In this document: positions 50,214-62,573 of the stretch, one piece after another
Layout of the letters: every line of letters starts with the position of its first letter
How positions within the stretch are numbered: position 1 is the stretch's first letter
DNA from: Anolis carolinensis
Taxonomy: Eukaryota
Assembly: GCF_035594765.1 (NCBI RefSeq)
Contig: NC_085844.1
Location: forward strand, 213,048,107-213,112,106
Direction of reading: 5' to 3'
Length of the DNA stretch: 64,000 bases
Translations under genes and position numbers: made by a program
The notes under the pieces: model-generated
What the model was told of the DNA's origin: nothing
Databases searched by the model: none
The model's input: the letters and a program-made list of their open reading frames with translations, nothing else

Positions 50214-51166
50214 CTAGCTGTGCCCGGCCATGCTTTGCTGTGACAAAGTCTGGTGGTATGGAAAATAAAGTATTGAGGAATTGGTGGTAGTTAGTATATG
50301 TTCTTGTGGATATACAATATTTCTGGTTGTTCCTTTTTTTGGTCTGTTGGAGGCAAGTATGAATGCTGCAATTAGCCAGAATGATTAGCATGTAATGGCT
50401 TTTCAGCTTCAAAGCCTGGCTGCTTCCTCCCTGGGGGAATCTTTTGTTGGAAGGTGTTAGCTGACACTGATGGTTTCATGTCTGGAATTCCCATTTTCAG
50501 AGTGTTGTTCTTTGCAATATTTTCTATCCTTCTACTGTATGTGTAGATGAAGAAGTACCCATATGCAGTGCTTGAGCGCACACACTCAAAAGGAAAGGCT
50601 ATGGCCCTCAGAAAACAGAGTATCTGCCAGGCTTTGGTGATGCAAGGCTATTCAGTGCTATTCATGCTGGCCAATAATGGATTCCCCTAGGTAGGAAGCA
50701 GCCAGGCAAGTGGGATTTATACCCCTGTGGAATAATGTCCAGTGTGGGGGAAAGAAATCTTGTCCGTTGGAGGCAAATATGAATGCTGCAATTAGCCAGA
50801 ATGATTAGCATTTAATGGCATTTCAACTTCAAAGCCTGGCTGCTTCCTCCCTGGGGGAATCATTTGTTGGTAGGTGTTAGCTGGCCCTGATTGTTTCCTG
50901 TCTGGAATTCCCCTGTTTTCAGAGTGTTGTTCTTTATTTATTCTTCTGATTTTAGAGGATTTTTTTAATACTTGGAACAAAACTGTGTTCGTTTTCATGG
51001 TTCACAGCAACACAATAATAATATTATTATTAATAATAATAATATTATTTCCTGTCTGGAATTCTCCTGTTTACATAGTATTTTAGTATTTTTATTTACT
51101 ATTCTGATTTCAGAGATTTTTAATACTGGAAGCCAGATTGTGTTCATTTTCATGGTTCACAGCAAC

Positions 51167-51230
<64 letters not shown>

Positions 51231-51977
51231 CTCTGATAATACACACTACTTCTCCCCCTCCTCAGCTTCCTCCCTGGAGGAATCATTTGTCTGGAGGTGT
51301 TAGCTGGCACTGATTGTTTCCTGTCTGGAATTCCCCTGTTTTCAGGGTGTTGTTCTTTATTTACTGTCCTGATTTTAGAGATTATATTGTTCTGTTTTAT
51401 TATAACACAGTAATTTTATATATTATATTTATAATCTTACATTATCTACTTTGAACTGGATTATATGAGGCACCTTCTACACAGTTGTATAAAATCCACA
51501 CTGAATTGGATTATATGGCAGTGTGGACTAGAGATACTGTGGATTATCTGCCTGGCATTCTGGGTCACATAGTTGTGTGGAAGGGCCTTGAGTCTACACT
51601 GCCATATAATCCAGTTCAAATCAAATAATCTGTATTTTATAGGCAGTGTGAAAGAGGCCTAAGTGATCCCCCGGGAGCCATTGTGGCTGAGGGGGTTGCT
51701 ATGACATGAAGCAGGCGGAGCCTAAAGGGGGCAGGGCCTACCCTTCTGACTGGCAGCCAGGGGGAGAACGGCTCTTCCTCATCCTTCCTCCCCCCCCCCC
51801 CCCCCGCTTTGTGTTTTTGGCTTTTCTTTTTTAATTTGGACTTTGTATTTCTAGGTTTATTTTACTGAAAGACATAGATTGGATGGCTTTGTCTTTTGTG
51901 GCCAAATTTGGTGTGATTTGGTCAGTGGTTTTGTTGTTTACTCCATGGGAAAAACACATTACATTTTTATATATTGA
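50214..51977 (-). mobile_element. Helitron with repeated Penelope 3' fragments and MITE cargo
   Basis: A|TCAATATATAAAAATG...hairpin CTAG|T on the minus strand; homologous to the 26317 copy; (AAT)n at 51167-51228. Confidence 0.87.
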
Positions 51978-52509
51978 TTAACACAATCAAAACCAGGTTT
52001 AAGAGATTTCTTCAATGTTGAAGCCAACACCACCTTGAAGTAATTTGAAATGTTTTGAAACCCCATATTGTCTGGTCAAATTGGAATTACTCAAAGAGGG
52101 CTGCTAAGGGCATGTTTAACAAGTACTTCCTACTCAAGTTACTGAAATCCTTTATAAGCTTATAGTCTTTCAAACCCATGTTTTAGATTAGACCTTGCCA
52201 GGCCTTGTCCTCCCAGACCTCAAATGGTAAACTGCACAGCCATAAGCTTTCCAGATTAGGTAGGGGCACCTATAAATAGATTAAAAAGTGAAATAGATGT
52301 CTAATCTTGGTTGAGTTAAGAACATCACAATTCTAGGGACAGAAAATTCACATGGGGCAGAATAATTATGTTCAATTATTAGAAAGCACTTAAATATTTT
52401 GTACTATTCAATATAATGTATAGAATGTATACATTCTAGTGTGCTTTCCTGCACAATTGAAGGTGTAGTTTAGTTTACAAAATCCCGTGTAGCAAATGAT
52501 ACCTTATGA

Positions 52510-52644
52510 CAATAATTCTCAACCTGTGGGTCCCCAGATGTTTTGGCCTTCAACTTCCAAAAATCCTAACAGCTGGTAAAGTGGCTGGGATTTCTGGGGG
52601 TTGTAGGCCAAAACACCTGGGGACTCACAGGTTGAGAACCATTG
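52510..52644. mobile_element. 135-bp hAT MITE
   Basis: Palindromic body; TSD ccttatga/ccttaaga. Confidence 0.85.
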
Positions 52645-55001
52645 CCTTAAGAGATGCTTCCTCCATCTTACCCCTTGGAGCAACAATGATATTCAACTGA
52701 GGATTTTTAAGTTTCAATGTTAAGTGTTAAACGTATCAATTATGTTCTCTTCACAGCCATCAGTGACACAGCGTAATAGCTGGGGGTGTAAAACAAATTG
52801 GGCTTCTAAGGACAATTCCATAAGGAAATGCCTCATTAAAAAAACACAAAAAGGGTTGTTAACTGAATAAAATGCCCTTAAAAATTCAACAAAGTAATGG
52901 GGTACAGCTGGGATAGCCGGCTAATTTTAAATACTTAAGGGGAATGACTGTTATGCCAGTCTTATTTTATGAACCAACATAGATGCAGAAGCAATCAGTG
53001 CTATTCAAGCGGCACTGTGAAGAATAAATAAATCAATGTGGAAGGAGAACTTTGAAGTAAAAGAGAAAATCCCACTGCTGTCTCAGAGTCTTTTTTTTAA
53101 TCTAGCATCCTGGTTTCCACAGTGGTTTCCCAAATGCTTCTAGAAAACCACAAGCAGCACATGCTGGAATCTGATTTTTCTTTAGCAGAATAAACAAAAA
53201 ATTCATCCAATTCCAATAGATTAAAGGCCCAAATAATTTCAATGTATCAAATGTACATAGTTTTCAATCACAACTGTACATAGTTTTCATCTTTTTTTCT
53301 TACAGTCTGTGCTTACTTTCATTCTCTGATGTAAACTATTTTGAATTTAATTCCGATATGAGAGGTCACTTAGCAAAATGCTACTGGATTTCCATTTTGA
53401 CAGTTGGGTTTTTGCTTTGTCTATTTGAACAATGATTAAATTTGAGGTCCAAACTGTCATTTAGAAAATAGACTGACTGATGAAATTAAAAGCCAGGGTA
53501 ACTCTTGGTAATATATTTTCTGGCTGCTGTTTTGCAGCAACTTCTATTCAGAGATATGGTAGTTTTAGTTCTCAAGGTAATACGCTGCCATCACTAGTTG
53601 CCATCATTCACAACTTATTCTTTTCAAATGTATATAATTCCTTTTTAATATTAGTTTCTCCACAACCCCATGACAATTGCCTACCATAAAAATACCCTAG
53701 TAGATTATCATAGGAAGAGAGATAACGCAAGATAAATATTTGAACATTTTTGTGTATTTGTGGCATATCGGGGGAAATGAGAAAAACGGTCAGAACCTAT
53801 ATTGCTCATCATAGCTTGTTTTCAAAAATATTTAGGTATATAGGACAGGAATATATCATTCCTAATGGGCATTGTTGAATGACACAAACAGCAAAATATA
53901 TGCAAACATACGCTATCAGATACTAATTTTATTTCTTCTAAAAAAGGTACAACTGAAAACACTGTGAAAACCTACAAATTAGTTTGACCAAATTACAGGA
54001 GTCCAAAAACGTGAGTGCATATTCTATGGATATGGACAGGACAATACTTACATTGTCCTAGTTTTCTGTCCATTACCATGCTCATGGTGCATTTTTATGA
54101 ATATTTATGTATGAGTGGATACATACACACCCTCACACTAGAAAGGAACAGGGAAAAATTGTCAAATAGAACTTAATTCCACATTTCTTTTGGTAGATAA
54201 ATTCTTGTTCAACCCTACACATCTATCTAATGTAGTTCCCCCCTGAAGCATCAGTTACTACATCTCTTGGTGATGTAGTAACTGATGATCACTTATGATC
54301 ACACCCTTGGTGATCATAGCTACTGGAATCTTTTCAGCCTGACTGTGTACTTAAGGAGCCCTTAGGTTCATATCCTACACTAGAAACAATAAAGCAGATC
54401 ACCTCAGGTCTGCCACTATGTCAGCCCTTTGTTCAGATTCACATGAACCCTGCCAATGTGTAAAAACTGACCGTTATACTAGTAAAAGAACCAGCAAATT
54501 CACCAACCAACTTCAAACAGTAAGTAGGGGGAAATAGGGCAGATCTTCATACTTACTTAGCTGCTTCCCACTTGCAGTTTCTCTGATCACTCAGCTGAAC
54601 TACAACATAGAACATGCCACTTGAAAAAGCCTAAATCTGTAGCTCTCAATGTTCAAGTGCCCTTTTACTTGTGCACAAGGAACCTATCATATTAAAGCAA
54701 CCTTCGTAAGTGTAAGCTGTTCCAGCAAGCACCTTACTAAATATTGTTGGTGGCATAACTGATCTGCTATCTTCTTCCCAGGTCTATATTTACTACTGTT
54801 TCCATTTCTGAACATAAATTTTAAAAAAATCAATGATCCATGGCCACAAGAAACTCCTAAAAAGACAGAACTGACAGGAAACAGACTGCTCATAAAGGTT
54901 CCAAGGAGCTTGGAACTATTGAAAGAGTCTGAAGAACTTCCATCTACATGGGCAGGTGAAAAGCTTCAATGAGCAGGCACTAAAAGGTGGATCCTGCTTA
55001 C

Positions 55002-55073
55002 CTGATACATGAACATGCTGAAATTAGTGCCATTGAACAGATGGATGGTTATGGATTTGTTCCCTGTGTTCAT
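55002..55073 (-). CDS. PPFIA4: Candidate alternative first coding exon of liprin-alpha-4 (MNTGNKSITIHLFNGTNFSMFMYQ)
   Basis: ATG with A at -3 and an in-frame TGA 12 nt upstream; 24 open codons ending at a strong phase-0 donor CAG|gtaagc, in frame with the EFATLTRE exon; resembles the PPFIA2 alternative N-terminus as recalled from memory (MNT..H..NGT.F...Q). Confidence 0.7.
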
Positions 55074-56239
55074 TCTGAGGAATCATAGCAAGCTTGATCT
55101 GGAAATCCATGGCTCTGCCAGGCTGATGAGATAGTAGCAACTAAATCCTGAGATGAAGGTTAGAGGCAGCCTAGGTTCCATGCTCCACCACAGACTTTTG
55201 TGTGTGAAATTCAAACCAGCAGGAAGTTGCTTCTTGCAGAGTCTGTCTCCCCAGGAGAAGAAGGAAATCTGGGCACTGAAATAGTGCTAGCAAAGAACTT
55301 ATCAGGAGGATTTGTTTGGAGCTCACAGAAATTCTCCATCTTTCCCCTATGCTAATCACATCCTTTTTCAAGATCCAGGGGAGGCAGCAATGTGGCTTGG
55401 TATGAGAGGAAAAAGAGCTGGGAGCTGGAGAGCCAGTGGCCTCCCCCCAGAGAATCTCACAGATGCACAAAGTCCCTTCGCAATGACCTAGTTTGCTCTG
55501 CATTGCTTGCATGTTCCCTATACAAATCGTCGGAGGCAGAGGAATTGAAGCAGGAGCAGATAATAAATCCGCATAGCCCCTTAATCCAAGTGGCTGCAGA
55601 GCCCAAGAGGCGTAACCCTCACTTAGCTGACCTGGCATGCTCTCTGCCCAGCTGCTCAGCACAGAGGATTGCAGACACCAGAGCTGGGTTACTCAATCCA
55701 AGAGGTGGGTATGGAGCATGGGAGACCACAAAGAAGAATGTGTGTGAAAATCAGTCCGAGCATAGCTCCACTTAGGGCCAAGATACCATTTGACCAGCTT
55801 GGAATTTATTAAATGGATGGACCTGGCTGACCCAGCTGGGAGACTGCCAGAGGGCAAACGTCATGCAGCTCAGAAAGAAAGTAGCAAGGCCAGAATGTGT
55901 CAAGGCCAGAAAGGGCTCATGCTAGGCTTTAAGAGCCTATCTAAGTGCTTGGCTCTCCCATCCCTGCCAAACTCTTACATACATCTGTTGCTGCTCAGCT
56001 GACTATGGAGCACCCAGAGGTTGGTAGCACCATAGAATAGGATGTATTTCTGGATTAGCTTTTCTCCTTCCCAGAATGCAAGCACTCCTCTCTCACTAAG
56101 AGCCAGTTAGTGGTAGTCACTTTTTTGGCCAGGGTCTATAACAAGCTTTAGGCCTAACTGCTCAATTTTGGATTCAACGTCGACCTGTTAAATTATTTTA
56201 TCAGGACAGAATCTTGGATTCTTTGTTTTTCTCCATAAG

Positions 56240-56710
56240 TTTTTATTATGCATTTCAAAAAATATCACACCAAAAAGGAGAACAAAGAAAGGTATAAGGG
56301 CTATGGAGCTCTGATTAGTAGATTAGGATTATATAAATGTCTTCTATATCACAAAGGAAGAACAAGGGGATTGAGGGAAAAGAGAAACCTTTTATTTGTT
56401 ATAATTATAACCTTTATATCTTCAACTCAAGTACTATTATATACATTGTTTAAAGTTTTGAAAGTTCCAAATGTCCTCTGTAACAGAAAAGAGCATGCTC
56501 TTGTCATCCAATGTCAAGACTGCTAGTCATATCTTCCAATACTATCCAATATTCTTTATATCCTCTTTTCCAGTTCTTTACATGTATTTTATCTAATTTT
56601 AAATACTGCCATATAAATTTAAAAATTCAATTCCATTTTTAATAAATTAATATTGTTTAGGTGAGAATTCACTATGTTGCACTGTCATCTTTTCTTTGTC
56701 TTTTTTAAAA
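56240..56710 (-). mobile_element. Degenerate L1 3' fragment
   Basis: T-rich end with tttatt and L1-like composition; boundaries approximate. Confidence 0.45.
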
Positions 56711-56741
56711 CACTATGCAAACACTATGTGTTTGGCCACAT

Positions 56742-56979
56742 TATAGCCACATAATGAGAAGACAGGAAAGCTTGGAAAAGATTATGATGCAGGGGGAAAT
56801 GGAAGGAAAAAGGAAGAGAGGCCGACCAAGGGCAAGATGGATGGATGGTATCCTTGAAGTGACTGGCTTGACCTTGAAGGGACTGAGGGCAGTGACGGCC
56901 AACAGAAAGCTCTGGCGTGTGCTGGTCCATGAGGTCACGAAGAGTCGGAAGTGACTGAACAAATAAACAACAACAACAT
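56742..56979 (+). mobile_element. RTE-BovB LINE 3' end
   Basis: HIMRRQESLEKIMMQGEMEGKRKRGRPRARWMD...VHEVTKSR; (CAA)n tail. Confidence 0.92.
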
Positions 56980-57084
56980 GTATATGTATCTGTGTATATA
57001 TACATTTATAAAATATCTAAACAACAAAGATTTGCAACCTTTTCTATTCTAATTAAAGAGTACTGGTTGGTCAATTATTTAAAG

Positions 57085-57218
57085 CAGTGGTTGTCGACCT
57101 GTGGGTCCCCAGGTGTTTTGCCTGCAACTCCCAAAAATCCCAGCCAGTTTACCAGCTGTTAGGGTTTCTGGGAGTTGAAGGCCAAAACATCTGGCGACTT
57201 ACAGATTGAGAACCATTG
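57085..57218. mobile_element. 134-bp hAT MITE (same family as 52510)
   Basis: CAGTGGTT...AACCATTG; exact 8-bp TSD atttaaag. Confidence 0.9.
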
Positions 57219-57355
57219 ATTTAAAGTCTCTAAAGTCTCTAGAATACAGAGTATATAAATAGTACAAAATGTATCTATATACTATTAATATTAATTGGAT
57301 ACCAATACTTTAATTCAAGCCACTTTGAGTCCCCTTTAGGGAGATAAAGTGGGGC

Positions 57356-57429
<74 letters not shown>
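57356..57429 (+). repeat. (AAT)n microsatellite at an L2-type tail
   Basis: Seen directly. Confidence 0.95.
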
Positions 57430-57431
<2 letters not shown>

Positions 57432-57439
57432 AAAATACT

Positions 57440-60000
57440 ATTTTAGTCAACAAATCCTACTGTAGTCATATTCCTTTGGTTCTTTATAAATTCTTCTTGA
57501 AGTTTCTGTGTATTTGTTTGTTGTAGAACTAAAGTTAATTTGTCCATTTTAGTCATTTTAAAAACTTATGTAATCCAATCTTCTGGTGTTGGTATGCTTT
57601 GTTGTTTCCATAGTTTGACATATTTGATTCTTGCTGCTGTTATCATACAAAGAAAGATTTTTTCTTGATGTTTCGATATCTGTTTGTCTAATAATCCCAG
57701 TAAAAAGAGTTCTGGTTTTAATTGGATTTTGTATTTTTTTATAGTTTCCATGTCTCTATGGATTTTTATCCAGAATTCTTTAGCTTTTAGGCAAGTCCAC
57801 CACAAATGATAGAAAGTTCCAATCGTTTGTTTACATTTCCCACACATGCTGGATATTTTATATATCATTGAGAGATTTTCTGAAGTTGTGTACCATTTAT
57901 ATGTCATTTTGTAAAAAATTTCTTTGATAGTGTAATTTTTTGTAAATTTTCGTCATTTTTTCCAGAGTTCTTCCCATTCTTCTAGACTGATTGCTTGACC
58001 TATATTTTTCTCCCATTGAATCATGGGTTCTTTAATCTGTTTAACTGTAAAATCTTCCAGAAGAAATTGATACAATTTCTCAATTTGCTTATTCTTTGTC
58101 TGTAGTAATTGGTTCCACTGATTCTCTAATTCTTGTATACTAGACAAAGATACTGTTGAAGTTGATTACCATATACACTCAAGTATAAGCCGACCTGAAT
58201 ATAAGCTGAGGCACCTAATTTTACCACAAAAATCTTGGAAAACTTATTGACTAGAGTATAAGCCAAGGGTGGGAAATGCAGCAGCTACTGGTAAATTTCA
58301 AAGTAAAAAATAGATACCAATAAAATTATATGTTCAAAGAACTTTTCTCACAAACTGGATAAAAGTGATTTTTCCCCCTATTCTATCCTCTGGTTTCCTC
58401 CTAACTCCTCATTTTTGAGCTGGATTGCTGCGCAAAGAGATAAGGGTCCTGGCGGGAAGGTGTGGGGCTTTATCCCCACTCCTTCCTGCCAGGCCCCTCA
58501 CTTAAGTATAAGTCAAGGGGTTTTTTTAGCCTTAAAAAGGGACTGAAAAACTCGGCTTATACTCGAATATATACGGTATAATGAAACCATGTCATTGTTG
58601 GGTCTTCTTTTTGTAGCTCTTGTAGTGTTTTTAATTTCTGGAGAGTTTCTTTGTTTATATTAGAAATTTTCTAAAAGTAGATATTTTCTCCTAGGTGTTC
58701 TTAGTTGTGGTTGTGGTTTTGTCAATGCAGGTATTTTTTTAAAGTATTTTATATTTATTTCATACTCTCATATAAATTCATACTCTGCATTTATTTGATG
58801 TTTCTTAAAATTAGAGTCAGATTTCATTTTATGATAAATGAGATATGCATGCCATCTGTGTTTTAGATCAGTCTCTTTAATTGTAAGTAGCCTTTCATGT
58901 TTTTAAAGAAAGATCCACTCTTTTATCCATGCCCAACTACTGCATCATAGTATAGTCTCATATCTGGCAATGCCATTCCTCCTCTATCTTTTGCATCTTG
59001 CAAATTTTTCATTTTTATTTTGGGTTTTTTATTTTTCCAAATGAATTGTGTCAGTTCTTTTTTCCAAATTTTAAATAGTGATTCTTTTGACAAAACTTGC
59101 CTTGTTTGAAATAAATATAACATTGTTAGAATTACATTAATTTTGGTTGTTGATATTCTTCCCAATAGAGACAGGTCTAAATTATTCCACCATTGTAGGT
59201 CTTTTTGTATCTCTTTTCATAATTTTTCATAATTGTTTTTAAATCATTCAGAGTTTCTGTTTGTCGACGGAATCCCCAAATATTTTACTTTAGTTATATT
59301 AATATTGTCTCTTGATTCAAAGTCTCTTGATTCTTCTTACTCATATTACGAGTTATTATCTTGGTTTTATCTCAATTTATTGATAGACCTACCACGTTTC
59401 CAAATTCCGTTATTATTTCTAGCACATTTGGAATATTCTTTAAAAGATTTTGAGTCAAAATTACTACATTGTCCACAAACAGTCTTACCTTATAAATTTC
59501 TTTTTTGTTTGTTAAACCTTCCATATTGGTGTTAGTTCTAATATGTCTAGCCAACACTTCTATAGCTAAAATAAAAAGTAAAGGTGAGAGTGGGCATCCT
59601 TGTCTAACTCCTTTATGGATTTCTATTTTTGTGTAAAATGCTCATTTATTTGTATTTTTGCGGTTTATTCAAAATAGATTGCCTTAATTACATTTCTAAA
59701 ATATTCTCCACAGCCTATTGTCGATAGTAATTCATCTATAAATGTCCAAAAGATGTTATCAAAGACTTTCTCTGTGTCTAGGAACATCAATGTTCCTTGC
59801 TTTTCTTTGTGCACTTGTAGATATTTCACTTAGAACTATTCTCATGTTATATTTATCTGTTCGGCAAAAATCCTGCTTAGTCTTCATGAATCCAAGTGTC
59901 AGTATCTTTTTAAGTCTCTTGGTCAATATATTTGAATAAATTTTGTATTTCACAAGTAACAATGAAATTGATCTGTAATTTTGGATAATAAAGTCCCTGA
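57440..60000 (-). mobile_element. Degraded L1 ORF2 (RT and cysteine-rich C-terminus)
   Basis: NYRSISLL, GVRQGCPLSPLLF, FIWKNKKPK, GGMALPD, CGKC...GTFYHLWWTC. Confidence 0.9.
58169..58576. mobile_element. Tc1/mariner (pogo-like) MITE nested in L1
   Basis: TA|CCATATACACTCAAGTATAAGCCG...CGGCTTATACTCGAATATATACGG|TA. Confidence 0.85.
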
Positions 60001-60014
60001 CTTTTTTTTTTTTT

Positions 60015-61767
60015 TGGAAATGCTGTGAAGCATTTGCTAGGTTCTTTGCGGAAATAGTCGCTCTGATCTGCTCTAGCTTTGACACCATATTAACTGCAGT
60101 CTCCGAGGATGTAGCACGAGCACCTGCTTGTCCCATTTTGATGGATTCATTTCAATTGGTTGAGCTCGAGGATGTGGACAAGGTGCTTGGAGAGGCGAGG
60201 GATACCACATGCATCCTAGACCCCTGCCCATCCTGGCTGGTGAGAGAAGCCAGAGGGGGATTGGCCGAGTGGGTGAAGGTGGTGGTGAATGCCTCCCTTC
60301 GGGAAGGCATTGTTCCAGCGAGCCTTAAATTGGCTGTGATCAAACTGCTGTTGAAGAAGCCATCACTAGATCCCACTCAATTGGACAGCTATCGGCCTAT
60401 TTCCAATCTCCCCTTCTTGGGCAAGGTCCTGGAATGTGTGGTGGCTGTGCAACTCCAGGCATTCTTGGTTGACACTGATTTTCTGGATCCGGCACAGTCT
60501 GGCTTCAGGCCGGGGCATGGTACCAAGACAGCCTTGATCGCCTTAGTCGATGATCTACGCCAGGAAATGGACAGGGGGAGTGTGTCCCTGCTGGTTCTGC
60601 TGGACCTCTCAGCCGCCTTCGATACCATCGATCACGGTATCCTTCTGGGGTGCCTTGCCAGGATGGGTCTCGGAGGTACTGTTTTGCAGTGGCTCCATTC
60701 CTTCCTGGAGGGTTGTTCTCAGATGGTGTCATTGGGGGACGCCTGCTCAGCCCCACAACCATTGACTTGTGGGGTCCCGTGGGTTCAGTACTGTCCCCCA
60801 TGTTGTTTAACATCTACATGAAGCCGCTGGGAGAGATCATCAGGAGTTTCAGGGTGAGGTGTCATCTGTATGCAGATGATGTCCAACTCTGTCACTCCTT
60901 CCCACTGTATCGGAATGGATAAGGGCCAACTAATTGAAATTGAATCCAGACAAGACAGAGGTCCTCCTGGTCAGTTGTAAGGCTGAACAGGGAATAGGGT
61001 TACAGCCTGTGTTGGACGGGGTCGCACTCCCCTGAAGACACAGGTGCCCAGTCTGGAGCCCCAGGTCTCGGCGGTGGCCAGGGGAGCCTTCGCATAACTC
61101 AGACTTGTGCGCCAGCTGCACCCGTTCCTTGGGAAGTCTGACTTGGCCACGGTGGTCCACGCTCAGGTTACATCCCGTTTGTATTACTGCAATGCGCTCT
61201 ACATGGGGCTGCCTTTGAAGATGGCCCGGAAGCTCCAATTAGTACAACGGGCAGCAGCCAGGCTAATAACTGGGGCAGCTTACAGGGAACGTACCACCCC
61301 CCTGTTAAGCCACCTCCACTGGTTGCCGATATGCTACCGAGCCCAATTTAAAGTGCTGGTTTTGACCTACAAAGCCCTAAACAGTTCTGGTCCAACTTAC
61401 CTGTCCAAACGTATCTCCTCCTATCAGCCCACAAGAACCTTAAGATCATCTGGGGAGGTCCTGCTCTCGATCCCACCTGCCTCACAAGCGCGGCTGGTGG
61501 GGACGAGAGACAGGGCCTTCTCGGTGGTGGCTCCTCAGCTGTGGAACTCCCTCCCTAGTGACATTTGGCAGGCTCCATCCCTTCTGGGGTTTAGAAAGAA
61601 GTTGGAGACCTGGCTATGTGCGCAAGCGTTTAATGAATGAACTCAGTTAGCATTGACATGGATTGGATTAAGGCTCTTGCACAAGGTCTGATGGATGACT
61701 GGCATATATATTTGGCATTGCACTGTGTTAAATCTTTTATATATTGTGTTTTAATATGATATTTAAC
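60015..61767 (+). mobile_element. L2 LINE (RT), 5'-truncated and frameshifted
   Basis: YRPISNLPFLGK, QSGFRPGHGT, LLDLSAAFDTIDH, HLYADD; same family as 30462-31778. Confidence 0.94.
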
Positions 61768-61769
61768 TA

Positions 61770-62549
61770 CCGTATTTTTCGCTTTATTGGACGCACCGGA
61801 TGATAAGACGCATCCAGGAACTAAGGGCAAAATGGGGCGATGTGTGCCGTGCGAGCGCGCGCACGGCACACATCGCCCCATTCTCCCTGCCTGGACGCAG
61901 ATCCAGATCTGCGTCCAGGCAGGGAGAATGGGCACATTCTCCCTTCCTGGATGTGTCGGCAGACGCATCCAGGAAGGGAGAATGGGGCGATGTGTGCCGT
62001 GCGCGCGCGCCATTCTCTCTGCGCGCCCCATTCTCTCTGCGATGTGTGCGTGCGCGCGCCCCATGCCTTGGCTTCCCTTTTTCTGTGTCCGGGCGAAATG
62101 AATGAAGGTCCTTAAGTTCGGGGGAGTTCTTCCTCGCTTTGGGAGGAGCCGGAGAAAGAGAAAGAAGGGAAGGAGAGAGGGCAGCGCGGAGGAGATTGTC
62201 TGGCAGCCGAAAAGAAAGGAAGCAAGGAAGAGGGAAAGTTGAGGCGAAGGGAGAGGGAGGCTCAGGCTGGGGTTGTTTCCCTCTCCTCCTTCTTCTTCAA
62301 GGGTTAAGTTGAGGCTGAAGGAAAAGGACAGACACAGAGAGGCTTCCCTCTCCTCAGGAAGCGATGTGGGGCGATGTGTGCGTGCGCGCGCCCCATTCTC
62401 TCTGCCTGGATGCGTCTGCCGCATCCAGGAATGCGTCTGCCGACGCATCCAGGAAGGGAGAATGGGCACATTGCGTTTATAAGACGCACTGACTTTTCCC
62501 CTCTATTTTTTGGGGAAAAAAAGTGCGTCCTATAAAGCGAAAAATACGG
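61770..62549. mobile_element. CpG-rich Tc1/mariner-type MITE
   Basis: TA|CCGTATTTTTCGCTTTAT...ATAAAGCGAAAAATACGG|TA, 18-bp perfect TIR. Confidence 0.9.
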
Positions 62550-62573
62550 TATTTTAACTGTTTTATTATTTTA

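Noticed and set aside
55171-55775. 163-aa (-) and 127-aa (+) ORFs
   Set aside because: No recognisable motifs and non-ATG starts; better explained as promoter or 5' UTR sequence.
61630-62469. 279-aa ORF and overlapping ORFs
   Set aside because: Lie within the GC-rich palindromic MITE; low stop density from repeats and no domain resemblance.
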